A program made the translations under genes and the position numbers. Below, piece by piece: positions 34,571 through 45,540 of a DNA stretch of 64,000 nt. Numbering within the stretch: position 1 is the stretch's first letter; each line of letters starts with the position of its first letter. The notes beneath the pieces were generated by a model. It made no database searches, was not told the origin of the DNA, and saw only the letters and a list, made by a program, of their open reading frames with translations. Origin of the DNA: Verrucomicrobiota bacterium (GTDB lineage Bacteria > Verrucomicrobiota > Verrucomicrobiia > Opitutales > Cerasicoccaceae); NCBI GenBank assembly GCA_039818205.1, contig JBCBUK010000002.1, positions 160,001 through 224,000 on the forward strand. The letters are read 5' to 3'.

Positions 34571-35239
34571 CTAGACCGCACGAGGATGCTCTTTCCAGGC
34601 CTCCCCGGGATCTTCAATCTGCGCAATGCCGTCCATAATGCGTTGGACTGCGACCTGATAGCGCTCGGGCTCACTTTTCCCGGGGTCGTAGGTGGCGGCG
34701 GGAATCGGCGGGCCAAAGCCAACGCGGAGTGGCTTGAGTGGGCGGGGTAGCTTGTGATGGCGGTTCCACATTTCGTAGCTACCAAAGATCCGCGCTGGAA
34801 CCACGGGCACCTGGGCCCGGCAAGCGATCAGGCCGACGCCTTTTTTCCCGTCGTGTAGTTCTCCGTCGGGGGTTCGGGTTCCTTCCGGGAAGACAAGGAG
34901 GGCGCCTCCGGCTTTGAGCGTTGCAAACACGCGGCGAAAGGCTTCGAGGTCGCGTTCACCATCCCGGTCGATGGGGATCGCATTCAGCTTGGTAATCAAG
35001 GAACCAAAAGCACCCTTCCAGAGGGTCTTGCGGGCAAAAAAGTGTAGCTCACGGGGGCACGCTGCCGCGAAGACTGGTGGATCAAGGAAGCTGGCATGGT
35101 TGCAGGCCAAGAGAAATGAGCCCTCTTTCGGCAGATGCCCGGTGCCAGCAACTTGTAGATCATTCCAGATGCGGAACCATCCAGCGAGGCTTGCCTGACA
35201 CTGGGCATAAAATGGTCTCATCTGAATGGCCTCAGACAT
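34571..35239 (-). CDS. plsC: 1-acyl-sn-glycerol-3-phosphate acyltransferase
   Basis: NHASFLD (HX4D) and FPEGTR motifs; overlaps the end of cmk. Confidence 0.9.
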   Translation of the reverse strand: MSEAIQMRPFYAQCQASLAGWFRIWNDLQVAGTGHLPKEGSFLLACNHASFLDPPVFAAACPRELHFFARKTLWKGAFGSLITKLNAIPIDRDGERDLEAFRRVFATLKAGGALLVFPEGTRTPDGELHDGKKGVGLIACRAQVPVVPARIFGSYEMWNRHHKLPRPLKPLRVGFGPPIPAATYDPGKSEPERYQVAVQRIMDGIAQIEDPGEAWKEHPRAV

Positions 35240-35891
35240 GTGTCGCCTTTTCTACTACGATGTCGACGACCTCCTCGAGGGTAAGGCTAGAGTTATCCAA
35301 TCGAAATGCACCTTCGGGGCAGGTGAGCGGAGCAGTTTTTCGGGAGGCGTCGAGCTTGTCACGAGCTTCAACGGAATCCTGTTGGCCCTCGGCAGCCCGG
35401 CGTTTGGCCCGGGTGTCGGTGTCGGCTTCGAGAAAGACGCGCAAGTCCGCATCCGGGAAGATCACCGAACCGATATCGCGGCCTTCCATGATTAAGCCGT
35501 TGAATTGGCTTTGGCGTGCGAGGTCGGCTTGGCTGCGCTGATAGTCGAAAAGAAACTGACGAACCGCGGGGACTGCAGCGAATTTTGAGACGCTGGCATT
35601 GACCGCTTGGCTGCGCAGTTGGCTATCGCTTGGGATTTCGCCATGCACGGCAATGCGGGCCGAACGTCCATCGATGTTGGTGCCCAGGGGAATCGACCTG
35701 AGGCTGTTTTTTACCGAATCGAGGTCATCACTGGAGACGCCGATCTCCATCAACGCAAAGGTGATGGCACGGTAGTGCGAGCCTGTATCAACGTGCATAA
35801 GGTTCAAGCGCTCGGCGACGGCGCGGGAGGTCGAGGACTTGCCACTGGCAGCTCCACCGTCGACGGCGATTACGATAAAGTCAGGATTCAT
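35232..35891 (-). CDS. cmk: Cytidylate kinase
   Basis: IAVDGGAASGKSS, DTGSHYR, MEGRDIGSVIFPDA and RDKLDASR. Confidence 0.95.
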   Translation of the reverse strand: MNPDFIVIAVDGGAASGKSSTSRAVAERLNLMHVDTGSHYRAITFALMEIGVSSDDLDSVKNSLRSIPLGTNIDGRSARIAVHGEIPSDSQLRSQAVNASVSKFAAVPAVRQFLFDYQRSQADLARQSQFNGLIMEGRDIGSVIFPDADLRVFLEADTDTRAKRRAAEGQQDSVEARDKLDASRKTAPLTCPEGAFRLDNSSLTLEEVVDIVVEKATHV

Positions 35892-35944
35892 GGTCGGGAT
35901 TACCTTGCAGCACGTTCTTGGGGCAGCGCCACCCAAAATCTCGA

Positions 35945-37165
35945 TTATTCACCACGGCGAAGTGTGACGACGTTCTCAATATGCCGCGTTTGGGGAAATA
36001 GATCGAAGGGTTGGACACGCTCGATGATGTAGCCTCCCGCACGCAGAAACTTAAGATCGCGGGCCTGCGTAGAGGGGTCGCAGGAGACATAAACAAGGCG
36101 GGCTGGGCCGAAGTTCAAAAGTTGCTGCAGGAAGAGCTCATCGCAGCCGGCGCGCGGCGGGTCGATAATCATCGCTGATTGGTCACCCGGGAAGCTCAGC
36201 GATTGAAAGATCTCCTCCGATTTTCCGATGGTAAACTCAGCGTTCTCGATTCCGTTGGCGGCCGCATTGACGCGTGCTTGCTCCACGGCCTGCGCATTGA
36301 TTTCGACGCCGGTCACTTGTTCGAACTGCCGCGCAGCACACAAGGCGAAAACGCCGACTCCGCAATAGGCGTCGACCAGATATTTCAAACCATCTTGCTT
36401 AGCCTGCTCCAACACATAATCGATGAGCTCAGGCAAGATGAACGGATTGTTTTGAAAGAAGTCGCCTGCTTTGAATTGAAAGACGATGTCTTTGACTTTT
36501 TCGGAAACGCCTTCTCGCGGATCCGTGATTACGCCTTCCAGGGTGTGGCGCAGCAGCAAGGTCGATCCGCGCTTAAATTTATCCTTCCGCGCAATGAGTT
36601 TGGCCCGCTCTTGCGGCAGGGCTTCGTTGATCGCCTCGGTGGCGATTGGGCATTGGGCAACATCGACCATCTGGTTACGGCGCCCATACTTCAGAAATCC
36701 AATGTGAAACTCCCGTGACTTGCCGCCCGGATGATGGGGCGTAAGCTTGGAGCGATAGTTAAACTCGCGGGGCGACCCATGGGCGGGCTCGACGTCGATA
36801 TCGGTAATCTCGCCAATGCGTTCCAACAACTCGCGAACCTGGCCACGTTTCCATTCTTTTTGTCCCTCGTAGGCAAGGTGCTGGTATTGGCATCCACCGC
36901 ACTCCCCGAATAGCGGGCACTTGGGGTCGACTCGTTGCGGAGAGTGCTCGAGGACTTCGATGAGATCGGCATCCGAGTAGTTTTTGTGGTTGCGAAAGAT
37001 TCTTGCCCGCACGCGCTCACCCGGCAGGGCAAAGGGGATCATGATCACCCAGCCATTGTCGCGAGCGAGCCCATGGCCGAGGTTGGTCAAGGTCTCGATC
37101 GTCAGCTCGATCTCATGGTGGTAAGGATACGGGTCTGGATTAAACTTTCGCGGGATTTCGCTCAT
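35945..37165 (-). CDS. TRAM-domain RNA (uracil-5)-methyltransferase, RlmD/TrmA family
   Basis: ALPGERV (TRAM), CPLFGECGGCQ Fe-S motif, FFQNN, DAYCGVG, DPPRAG, YVSCDPSTQARD and DLFPQTRHIE. Confidence 0.92.
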   Translation of the reverse strand: MSEIPRKFNPDPYPYHHEIELTIETLTNLGHGLARDNGWVIMIPFALPGERVRARIFRNHKNYSDADLIEVLEHSPQRVDPKCPLFGECGGCQYQHLAYEGQKEWKRGQVRELLERIGEITDIDVEPAHGSPREFNYRSKLTPHHPGGKSREFHIGFLKYGRRNQMVDVAQCPIATEAINEALPQERAKLIARKDKFKRGSTLLLRHTLEGVITDPREGVSEKVKDIVFQFKAGDFFQNNPFILPELIDYVLEQAKQDGLKYLVDAYCGVGVFALCAARQFEQVTGVEINAQAVEQARVNAAANGIENAEFTIGKSEEIFQSLSFPGDQSAMIIDPPRAGCDELFLQQLLNFGPARLVYVSCDPSTQARDLKFLRAGGYIIERVQPFDLFPQTRHIENVVTLRRGE

Positions 37166-37284
37166 CCTGCACATCCGTATGCGGATGCAGCCCGACAAAC
37201 GAGCACTTTTTTATCCTCTACGATTTGCGTGGAGGCGGTAAATAGAGTCGCATTCGCCAACTGGATGCCTAACTTGCATTTCCG

Positions 37285-38094
37285 ATGTCCCGCTTTCCCC
37301 GAATTGAATCGCGACAAAATCCGCGTATCAAGAGCCTGGTTCGATTGAAAAATGCCCGGGATCGGACGACGCAGGGACGTTTTATCGTCGAAGGAGAGTT
37401 GGAAGTTGCTCGCGCGTTTGCTGCAGAGCGGATTATTCCTGAGCTCTTTCTGTGTCCGGATCATTGGCGGGATGGCGACCGTGTGGAGACGATCATTTCG
37501 CAGGCGCGCTTGCAGCACACTAAGATCACTGAGTTGCCACCGGAGGTGTTTGCCAAAGTTTCTTTACGGGAAGGCGCTGATGGCGTGTTGGCCGTCGCGT
37601 CCCACAAGCCGCTTTTGATGAAGTCACTGAAGTTGCCGGATGAGCCGCTTCTTGTAATTGTCGAGAAGATTGAGAAGCCGGGCAATTTGGGTGCGTTGAT
37701 TCGCACCGCGGAAGCGGCGGGCGCCCATGCGCTGATTGCGTGCGATGCGGTAGCGGATTTCGAGAACCCCCAGGTCATCCGCAATTCGCGTGGTTTGGTG
37801 TTTTCGCTACCATGCGTACATTCCGATCGTGAGCAGTTGGAGAGTTTCCTGGAAGAGAAGGGAATCCGCACGATTGCGACCACGCCCCATACGGAGCTTG
37901 AGTATTGGGACGCTCCAATGGCGGGTCCACTCGCAGTTCTGGCGGGAGCCGAGCACGACGGCTTGAGCGACTATTGGCTGGAGCGCGCATCCGCGAAGGT
38001 TCGCATCCCGATGGAGGGCTCTGCGGACAGCCTCAACGTGAACATTGCGACGGCTGTTGTCTTGTTCGAAGCGCTGCGTCAGCGGCGAGATTAG
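37285..38094 (+). CDS. TrmH/SpoU family RNA 2'-O-methyltransferase
   Basis: KPGNLGALIRTA, GAEHDGL and IPMEG..DSLNV SPOUT motifs. Confidence 0.92.
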   Translation: MSRFPRIESRQNPRIKSLVRLKNARDRTTQGRFIVEGELEVARAFAAERIIPELFLCPDHWRDGDRVETIISQARLQHTKITELPPEVFAKVSLREGADGVLAVASHKPLLMKSLKLPDEPLLVIVEKIEKPGNLGALIRTAEAAGAHALIACDAVADFENPQVIRNSRGLVFSLPCVHSDREQLESFLEEKGIRTIATTPHTELEYWDAPMAGPLAVLAGAEHDGLSDYWLERASAKVRIPMEGSADSLNVNIATAVVLFEALRQRRD

Positions 38095-38098
38095 GTGA

Positions 38099-38455
38099 TT
38101 ACTCGGCCTCGTTGGTCTCTACGACGTCCTCTCCATGGCCCAGGTAATGAGGGGGCGGCTCGTAGGCGGGTGGAGGCGTATAGGAAGTGTTCCCATCGCC
38201 GCGCATGCCGCGATACGAATCAAATTGGCCTGCTCCTCCCGCCGTTTGCCGATGGGCCGTTGGGCTGAGGGGCGAGCCGTTATTCACAATGCCCCGAGAC
38301 GTGTTTCGGGTGGGATAGGCGCCGCGCGTTTGATCTGCGCCTGTATCATAAGCCTCTTGGTAGGGATCACCCATCTCGGCATTTTCGGAAATCGACTCGT
38401 CTTCCGAACAGCCAAGGATCAGGGCGGCCGCTAAGATCAGGAGAAGGTTTTTCAT
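38099..38455 (-). CDS. Hypothetical lipoprotein
   Basis: MKNLLLILAAALILGC lipobox followed by a low-complexity polar body. Confidence 0.7.
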   Translation of the reverse strand: MKNLLLILAAALILGCSEDESISENAEMGDPYQEAYDTGADQTRGAYPTRNTSRGIVNNGSPLSPTAHRQTAGGAGQFDSYRGMRGDGNTSYTPPPAYEPPPHYLGHGEDVVETNEAE

Positions 38456-38662
38456 GAGGAAACTTTAGCCCATCTGACGGCCAGGAATCAATCCATTACG
38501 CGCCGGATTCCGGCTCTTGGTTCTTTGCGATGGGGCGATTTTGGCGCAAATGTGCACAAATGTGTTGGTTATCAAAGGTAGCGGATTCCATGGGATTTGG
38601 TTTATATTATCAGATGCCTGAACCGTCCAGTTTCCTGGAGAGGTATCAACCTAGAGGCCCCA

Positions 38663-39961
38663 ATGAAATACAATCGACGAAGCTTCCTCAAAGCCGCTGG
38701 ACTCGCATCAGTGGCGTTTCCGACGATCATTCCGTCACGCGTTCTCGGTGACACCGCGCCTTCCAAGAAGATTACCTTGGGTTTCATTGGAGTGGGCTAT
38801 CAGGGAACGAAGCGAAATCTAACCACCTTCCTGAACCAGTCGGATTGCCATGTGGTCAGTGTTTGCGACGCCTATATGGACCGGACTGAAAAGGCCCAGA
38901 AACAGGTCAACGAGGCCTATGGAAACCAGGATTGTAAAGGCTACCAGGATTTTCGTGAGATCATTAACGATCCATCGATTGACGCCGTAGTCATTTCGAC
39001 GCCCGACCATTGGCACGTGCCGATGTCGATCATGGCGGCGATGGCGGGAAAGCATGTTTTTTGCGAGAAGCCGACTTTGTATATCGACGAGGGGCGCGAA
39101 CTGGCGGACGTATGCGAACGACAAGGCATCGTTTTTCAGGCTGGCATCGAAGATCGGTCGCTCGTGCACTACCACAAGATGGTCGAGTGGGTGCGCAACG
39201 GGGAGATTGGTGATCTTGAGCGTGTTATTGTGGGCGTTCCCGGTGGCCTCAGCTATCCCAAGGAGAAGCCCGTCGCTGTGCCAGCGGATCTGGACTGGAA
39301 CCTTTGGCAGGGGCCGGCCGCCTTTCACGATTTTACCGCGAACCGCACCGGCTTTTGGCAGTGGCGGAGCATCGGTTCCTATTGTCAGGGTGCGATTTTG
39401 GATATGGGAACCCACCTGGCAGATACCGCGCAGCTCGGCGTGAACGATCCGAATGTGGTGCCGATCGAAGTTTCAGGGACTGGTGAAATCCCACAAGACA
39501 GCATGTCGAATGTGCCCGTAAGCTTCGATTTGCTCTACCGTTACAGCAATGGGGTTGAGATGCAGCTCAAGAATGGCCCCAAGGGAGGCTGGGATCCGGA
39601 TAGCTGCTTCTTGGAATTCCAGGGCAGCAAGGGGTGGATTCGGCGCAAGTCGTGGAGTGCGGGGATTGAGGCAAGTGATCGGAACATTTTGCGCACCCGC
39701 TATGCAGACGGGGAGAGTGTCTATTGGCCGCTCCCGCCCAATGAACAGCGCGATTTTCTCGACGGTATTATATCGGGCAAGCGGACGACCTATCCGGCGA
39801 TCGACCTGCACGACATGTCCACGATGCTGCACATGGGCGTGATCTGCGTTGAGCTGGGTCGCCCGCTTAAATGGGACCCCGAGGCCGAGGTATTCGTCAA
39901 CGACGACGAGGCAAACCGCCTGCGACAAGGTCCAGTTGCCCGCGACTGGGAAAATGCCTAG
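38663..39961 (+). CDS. Tat-exported Gfo/Idh/MocA family oxidoreductase
   Basis: NRRSFLK Tat motif, [26 protein letters not shown] and DMGTH. Confidence 0.92.
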   Translation: MKYNRRSFLKAAGLASVAFPTIIPSRVLGDTAPSKKITLGFIGVGYQGTKRNLTTFLNQSDCHVVSVCDAYMDRTEKAQKQVNEAYGNQDCKGYQDFREIINDPSIDAVVISTPDHWHVPMSIMAAMAGKHVFCEKPTLYIDEGRELADVCERQGIVFQAGIEDRSLVHYHKMVEWVRNGEIGDLERVIVGVPGGLSYPKEKPVAVPADLDWNLWQGPAAFHDFTANRTGFWQWRSIGSYCQGAILDMGTHLADTAQLGVNDPNVVPIEVSGTGEIPQDSMSNVPVSFDLLYRYSNGVEMQLKNGPKGGWDPDSCFLEFQGSKGWIRRKSWSAGIEASDRNILRTRYADGESVYWPLPPNEQRDFLDGIISGKRTTYPAIDLHDMSTMLHMGVICVELGRPLKWDPEAEVFVNDDEANRLRQGPVARDWENA

Positions 39962-40092
39962 ACCGAAGAGGTTTTCATGGAGCAATCCAATTCCCGGTTG
40001 CCTAGGCTGGCGAAACAAGTGCCGTGAGGATTTTGTTTTCCACGGCCCTGCGCCCATGGTTTTGGCGAGGAAACGAATTGATTCCTTTGCCT

Positions 40093-40120
40093 TTGACAGG
40101 CGTGCTAGAGCGGTTCTAAT
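40093..40120 (+). promoter_or_regulatory. Putative sigma70 promoter of leuC
   Basis: TTGACA-N16-TCTAAT ending 26 nt upstream of the ATG. Confidence 0.5.
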
Positions 40121-40146
40121 TTGGAACGTTTCTAAGTAATCGCGAT

Positions 40147-41571
40147 ATGGGTAAGACGCTATTTCACAAAGTCTGGGAAGATCACGCCGTCCGGCAATTG
40201 CCGAATGGTCAAACGCAGTTGTTTATTGGCACGCACCTCATTCACGAGGTGACCTCGCCACAGGCCTTCGGTATGCTGCGCGAACTCGGGCTGCCCGTGA
40301 AATACCCGCACCGCACCTTTGCGACCGTCGACCACATTGTGCCGACAGATGAAGCGGTTGAGCCCTACAGCGATCCCTTGGCTCAGGCCATGATTGAAGA
40401 GCTGCGCAAGAATTGCGCCGACAACAAGGTTGAGTTCTTCGACACCAATACTGGTAAGCAGGGCATCGTCCACATTGTTGGCCCGGAGCAGGGGATTACC
40501 CAGCCGGGAACCACCATCGCCTGTGGTGATAGCCACACCGCGACTCATGGAGCCTTTGGCGCAATCGCCTTTGGCATCGGCACCAGCCAGGTGCGTGACG
40601 TGTTGGCCACTCAAACGCTGGCCCTAAACGAACTCAAGGTTCGCCGGATTAATGTGAATGGCCGCTTGAGCCCCGGTGTATACGCGAAGGATGTTATTTT
40701 GCACATCATCCGCGTGCTTGGTGTGAATGGTGGTTTGGGATATGCCTACGAATATGGCGGAGAAGTCTTCGACCGCATGACCATGGAAGAGCGGATGACG
40801 GTCTGTAACATGGCGATTGAAGGTGGAGCCCGCTGTGGATACGTGAACCCGGACCAAACGACTTTTGACTATTTGAAGGGCCGCCCCTATTCGCCAAAGG
40901 GTGCTGAGTGGGATGCCGCGGTCGAGAAGTGGGCGAGCTACGCGAGTGATGCAGACGCCGTTTATGACGACGTTTACAACATCGACGCAGCCGACATTAA
41001 ACCAACTGTGACTTGGGGCATCAATCCTGGCCAAGCGGTCTTCATTGACGAAATCATGCCTTTGCTCTCTGAGCTGGGTGGTTCCGACCGAGCGACCGCG
41101 CAGGAAGCCTACGAGCACATGAAGTTTCAAGAAGGCGAACCCATCGCTGGAACCAAGATCGATGTCGCTTTCCTTGGCTCCTGCACCAACGGGCGCCTGA
41201 GTGATCTCGAAGAAGTTGCCCAATATTTGAAGGGCAAAAAAGTGGCTGAGCACGTCAAGGCGATCTGCGTTCCTGGTTCGCAAATTGTGGCCAAGATTGC
41301 GGAAGAGAAGGGCCTCGATCAGATTTTCCGCGATGCTGGCTTCGAATGGCGCGGTGCGGGTTGCTCCATGTGCCTGGCCATGAATCCAGATAAGCTTGTT
41401 GGCGATCAGCTCTCAGCGAGCTCTTCGAACCGCAACTTTAAGGGGCGCCAAGGCAGTGTCACTGGTCGGACCCTCTTGATGAGCCCCGTGATGGTGGCTG
41501 CAGCCGCAATCGCTGGCGAAGTCACCGACGCGCGCGAACTCTTCCAGGTGGAAGCTGCCGTGACGGCCTAA
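40147..41571 (+). CDS. leuC: 3-isopropylmalate dehydratase large subunit
   Basis: [36 protein letters not shown] and [10 protein letters not shown]. Confidence 0.97.
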   Translation: MGKTLFHKVWEDHAVRQLPNGQTQLFIGTHLIHEVTSPQAFGMLRELGLPVKYPHRTFATVDHIVPTDEAVEPYSDPLAQAMIEELRKNCADNKVEFFDTNTGKQGIVHIVGPEQGITQPGTTIACGDSHTATHGAFGAIAFGIGTSQVRDVLATQTLALNELKVRRINVNGRLSPGVYAKDVILHIIRVLGVNGGLGYAYEYGGEVFDRMTMEERMTVCNMAIEGGARCGYVNPDQTTFDYLKGRPYSPKGAEWDAAVEKWASYASDADAVYDDVYNIDAADIKPTVTWGINPGQAVFIDEIMPLLSELGGSDRATAQEAYEHMKFQEGEPIAGTKIDVAFLGSCTNGRLSDLEEVAQYLKGKKVAEHVKAICVPGSQIVAKIAEEKGLDQIFRDAGFEWRGAGCSMCLAMNPDKLVGDQLSASSSNRNFKGRQGSVTGRTLLMSPVMVAAAAIAGEVTDARELFQVEAAVTA

Positions 41572-41603
41572 CGGGATTCATCGCGAATCGCTTAGATTTA
41601 CCG

Positions 41604-41640
41604 GACCCGAGGATTCATCGATCTTTGGGTCTTTGTTTTT
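41604..41640 (+). terminator. Rho-independent terminator after leuC
   Basis: GACCCGAGGAT-TCATCG-ATCTTTGGGTC stem followed by TTTGTTTTT. Confidence 0.75.
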
Positions 41641-41901
41641 GAGAAAGGAGCCCGCCCATTGTTTTGGGTAAAACTTTTGCACACCGTGTCCGTGAAAATT
41701 CTGCCTGGATGGGAGCAATCTGGATTCGCTCGGCGCTTGACCTTAGTGTGGTGAGAATTTTTTTTGGAAAAGTTGGAAATAAATTAAGAGATGATTAACT
41801 CTTTTTTCGTGAAACCAACGCCTTGAACCACTGTCTCGGGAAACAAGATTCACGTTTACTCGAGGTGGCCGTTTGGGGATCACCTGAAAACCTCTTCCAT
41901 T

Positions 41902-42894
41902 ATGACTGCAAGCACCCTGTCCGAAGTTAATGATCAAGTGAAGGAGGCTTCCTCCTGGGTCCCGCTCCTGCGCGAGGAAATCGCGAAGGTCATTGTGGGC
42001 CAACACTACCTTGTCGACCGATTGATCGTCGGTATGCTCGCCAATGGGCACGTCCTCCTCGAGGGGGTTCCTGGTTTGGCGAAAACATTGTCGGTGAGAA
42101 CGCTGGCCAGCGCGGTTGAAGCGGATTTCTCCCGTATCCAATTTACGCCGGATCTCTTGCCCGCAGATATTGTTGGGACTCTGATCTACAATCCGCAAAA
42201 GGCTGAGTTTTTCACGAAGCGCGGGCCCGTGTTCGCGAACATTGTCCTGGCGGACGAAATTAACCGAGCGCCGGCAAAAGTGCAAAGTGCGTTGCTTGAA
42301 GCGATGCAAGAGCGGCAGGTGACGCTCGGTGATGAAACGCACGCCTTGCCCGCGCCATTTTTGGTGCTAGCAACTGAGAATCCGATCGACCAAGAGGGAA
42401 CCTATCCGTTGCCCGAGGCGCAGGTCGACCGCTTCATGCTGAAACTCAAGATCGGCTACCCGAGCCGAGAGGAGGAGCGAAAGATCCTGGACAGCATGGC
42501 ATCCACCACGCCGAAGACCGAGGTCAAGTCAGTCATCAAACCGGAGGACATCATTGAGGCGCGGAAGGTTGTCGATCAGATCTACATTGATGATAAAGTG
42601 CGTGATTACGTCGTGGACCTGGTTTTCGCGACGCGTCGTCCGAGCGATTTCGGATTGAATATCGACAACTTCGTACAGTTTGGTGCGAGTCCGCGGGCCA
42701 CGATTGCGTTGACCTTAGCGGCGAAAGCTTGGGCGTTTTTGCAAGGTCGTGGCTATGTTACGCCTCAGGATATTAAGACAATTGGGGTGGATGTATTGCG
42801 TCACCGCGTGATCCCTTCCTATGAGGCGGAGGCGGAGGACTTCACCAGTGAGCATTTGGTCGCAAAGATCTTTGAAACCGTTCCCGTTCCTTGA
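41902..42894 (+). CDS. moxR: MoxR family AAA+ ATPase (bat operon)
   Basis: [45 protein letters not shown] and LPEAQVDRF. Confidence 0.95.
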   Translation: MTASTLSEVNDQVKEASSWVPLLREEIAKVIVGQHYLVDRLIVGMLANGHVLLEGVPGLAKTLSVRTLASAVEADFSRIQFTPDLLPADIVGTLIYNPQKAEFFTKRGPVFANIVLADEINRAPAKVQSALLEAMQERQVTLGDETHALPAPFLVLATENPIDQEGTYPLPEAQVDRFMLKLKIGYPSREEERKILDSMASTTPKTEVKSVIKPEDIIEARKVVDQIYIDDKVRDYVVDLVFATRRPSDFGLNIDNFVQFGASPRATIALTLAAKAWAFLQGRGYVTPQDIKTIGVDVLRHRVIPSYEAEAEDFTSEHLVAKIFETVPVP

Positions 42895-42987
42895 TCGAGT
42901 TTCCGGTATGTTGGGCGCTGTCTGATCGGCAGCCTTCGGTCACGCCAGGTGCGTTCACGTTTTAACCTTTGTTGTCACGATACCGTT

Positions 42988-43911
42988 ATGCAATCGACCC
43001 GAGAGATATTACGTAAGGTTCGCCAGATCGAGATACGAACCAACCGTCTCGTCACGGATGCGTTGACTGGTGCTTACCACAGTGTATTTAAAGGACAGGG
43101 GATGGACTTTGAGGAGGTTCGCGAGTATGCCCCTGGTGATGATGTTCGCGCGATCGATTGGAACGTGACGGCGAAGATGGACCGCCCGTTCATCAAGCAG
43201 TTTCGCGAAGAGCGCGAGCTTACGATTATGTTGATGGTGGATCTTTCGGCATCGGGAGATTTCGGTTCGGCATCGGAGTCGAAGCGTGAGCTGGCGGCGG
43301 AGATTGCGAGTGTGCTGGCCTTCTCGGCCACTAAGAACAACGACAAGGTTGGCTTGATGTTGTTTACGGACGAGATTGAGCAGTTTATCCCGCCACGAAA
43401 GGGGCGTCAGCATGTGCTGCGGGTGATTCGAGAGATATTGTTTCATCAACCGCGTCGGACCGGGACTGATGTCGTTAAGGCATTAGACACCGTCAACCGA
43501 ATGATGAAACGCAAGGCAATCGTCTTTTTGTTAACGGATTTCTTGCAGGGACCAGATGGTCGTTTGCCGGACCCCATTGAGAAAACAGGTGATGCTCTAT
43601 TCCGTGCACTTGCATTGACGAATCGTCGGCATGATTTGACCACAGTCCTTTTGTCGGATCCACGCGAGTTGACCTTGCCAGACATCGGGTTGATCACTTT
43701 GGAGGACGCCGAAACCGGACAACTGGTTGAGCTTGATACTTCGAGCTCGAAGGTGCGCCAACTGTATGCACGCAGCAACCGCGAGCGCTTATCTGGGTTG
43801 CACCGTGGGTTGCGCCAATCCGGCGTCGGGGCCCTGCCGGTCGCAACTGGCGAACCCTACGTTAATAACCTCCGTCGCTACTTCGAAAGTCGCGGCCAGC
43901 GAAGGCATTAA
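42988..43911 (+). CDS. DUF58 / VWA-like protein (bat operon)
   Basis: GAYHSVFKGQGMDFEEVREYAPGDDVRAIDWNVTA, EEREL and DLSAS. Confidence 0.92.
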   Translation: MQSTREILRKVRQIEIRTNRLVTDALTGAYHSVFKGQGMDFEEVREYAPGDDVRAIDWNVTAKMDRPFIKQFREERELTIMLMVDLSASGDFGSASESKRELAAEIASVLAFSATKNNDKVGLMLFTDEIEQFIPPRKGRQHVLRVIREILFHQPRRTGTDVVKALDTVNRMMKRKAIVFLLTDFLQGPDGRLPDPIEKTGDALFRALALTNRRHDLTTVLLSDPRELTLPDIGLITLEDAETGQLVELDTSSSKVRQLYARSNRERLSGLHRGLRQSGVGALPVATGEPYVNNLRRYFESRGQRRH

Positions 43912-43924
43912 CTTTGCACTGCAG

Positions 43925-44503
43925 ATGAACTTTTTGTCACAAAGTAAATATATCGCCTTTCTTGTCTTGGTGCCCGTGCTGGCTCAGGCAGAAGGTTTGA
44001 AGCCGATGCGAGGATTGCGTCCGACCTCGTTTTGGGAGGTGAACTGGGCTTGGTTACTGCCGGTTTTGGTGGCTCTCGGATTGGGTGCCATCGGAGCGGT
44101 CGTATGGTTTGTTAGCCGCAAGCCAGCGGTGCCGCCTTTGACGCCGGCTGAGGAGGCTCGGGTGCGCCTGGGAGATGCCGCGGACCTAGCGGATGGTCAG
44201 GACGACAAGGCCTTTTCAGTATCGGTGTCCGATGCATTGCGACAGTATTTGGAGAAACGGTTTGAGCTGCGTGCTCCGGAACAGACGACCGAAGAGTTTC
44301 TTCAATCGGCGAAAGCGAGTGATCGCTTGCCCGCGGAATCGTTGGATACATTGGGGAAATTTCTCGAGTTCTGTGATCTAGCGAAGTTTGCCCAGCATGC
44401 CTTCGGTAATGAGGAACGGCAGGAGTTGTTAAACACTGCCCGAAGCTTTGTCGACGAAGCCGAGCGCCCGAAAGTATTCATGAAGGAGGTGGCAACGGTA
44501 TGA
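43925..44503 (+). CDS. Membrane protein, DUF4381-like (bat operon)
   Basis: Signal-like N-terminus, one TM, LRQYLE.RF...A.EQTTEEFL and DLAKFA; ATGA overlap with batA. Confidence 0.75.
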   Translation: MNFLSQSKYIAFLVLVPVLAQAEGLKPMRGLRPTSFWEVNWAWLLPVLVALGLGAIGAVVWFVSRKPAVPPLTPAEEARVRLGDAADLADGQDDKAFSVSVSDALRQYLEKRFELRAPEQTTEEFLQSAKASDRLPAESLDTLGKFLEFCDLAKFAQHAFGNEERQELLNTARSFVDEAERPKVFMKEVATV

Positions 44504-45540
44504 GCGAGAGCTTTGAGTTTCATGATCCTTTTTGGCTGTGGTTCCTTTTGCTGCTACCATTCTTGGTATTCTTGAAGGGGAAAACCGGTCGGGTTGCGTC
44601 GCTCTTATTTTCATCAACTGCGATCGCCCGCGACGTTTCAAAGCAGGCCAAGAGCCGGGCTGGTGGAATCCTGTTTTTCCTGCGTCTGTTGGCGCTTGCC
44701 GCGTTGATCGTTGCACTCGCCCGTCCGCAGATTGGTAAAGGGCATTCGGAAGTTGAGGCAAGTGGTATTGATATCGTCCTTGCAGTCGACGTTTCCGGCT
44801 CGATGGCTGCGTTGGACTTCGCTACGGAGCGAGATCTTGCGACGCGGCTGGATATCGTTAAGCGCGTTGTGGGCGACTTTATTGAGGAGCGTCCGAATGA
44901 TCGGATTGGTCTGGTGGCCTTCGGGAAGCAACCGTTCTTGGTCAGCCCGCTCACTTTGAACCATGATTGGTTGCGGAAGAATCTGGAGCGGCTGGAGTTG
45001 GGGTTGATTGATGGCTCGAGAACTGCGATTGGTCCGGCCATTGGAATGAGTGCAAACCGCCTGCGGGACTTGCCGGCGAAGAGCCGAGTGGTTATCTTGC
45101 TCACTGATGGCGAGGACACCGTTGGGCAGTTGCCGCCGATTGCTGCCGCCGAAGCAGCAGAGAGTTTTGATGTGAAGATCTACACCATTGCCGCGGGTCG
45201 CACGGGCCGAGTCCTCGTGCCGAAAACCGATCGCCGTACGGGAGCTGTTCTTCGCGATCGCAATGGCAATGTTATGCGTTCGCACTACGAACAGAGCTAC
45301 GTTGATGAAGAAACGCTGCAGCAGATTGCTGAAATCACCGACGGAAAGTTTTATCGCGCAACAAGCACTGAAGAGCTCGAAGCCATTTATTCCGATATCG
45401 ATGAACTGGAGAAAACTGAGGTCAAGCTAAGGCACTATGCTGAGTATGAAGAGCTGTTCTTTTGGCCAGCGTTGTTTGGTCTGTTTTTGGTCACCTTGGA
45501 GCAGCTACTCGGAAACACCCGCTTTAAACGTTTACCATGA
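44500..45540 (+). CDS. batA: BatA-like VWA membrane protein
   Basis: F..P.WLW..L, ALARPQ, MIDAS DVSGS and LTDGE, DRIGLVAF, SPLTL. Confidence 0.9.
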   Translation: MSESFEFHDPFWLWFLLLLPFLVFLKGKTGRVASLLFSSTAIARDVSKQAKSRAGGILFFLRLLALAALIVALARPQIGKGHSEVEASGIDIVLAVDVSGSMAALDFATERDLATRLDIVKRVVGDFIEERPNDRIGLVAFGKQPFLVSPLTLNHDWLRKNLERLELGLIDGSRTAIGPAIGMSANRLRDLPAKSRVVILLTDGEDTVGQLPPIAAAEAAESFDVKIYTIAAGRTGRVLVPKTDRRTGAVLRDRNGNVMRSHYEQSYVDEETLQQIAEITDGKFYRATSTEELEAIYSDIDELEKTEVKLRHYAEYEELFFWPALFGLFLVTLEQLLGNTRFKRLP

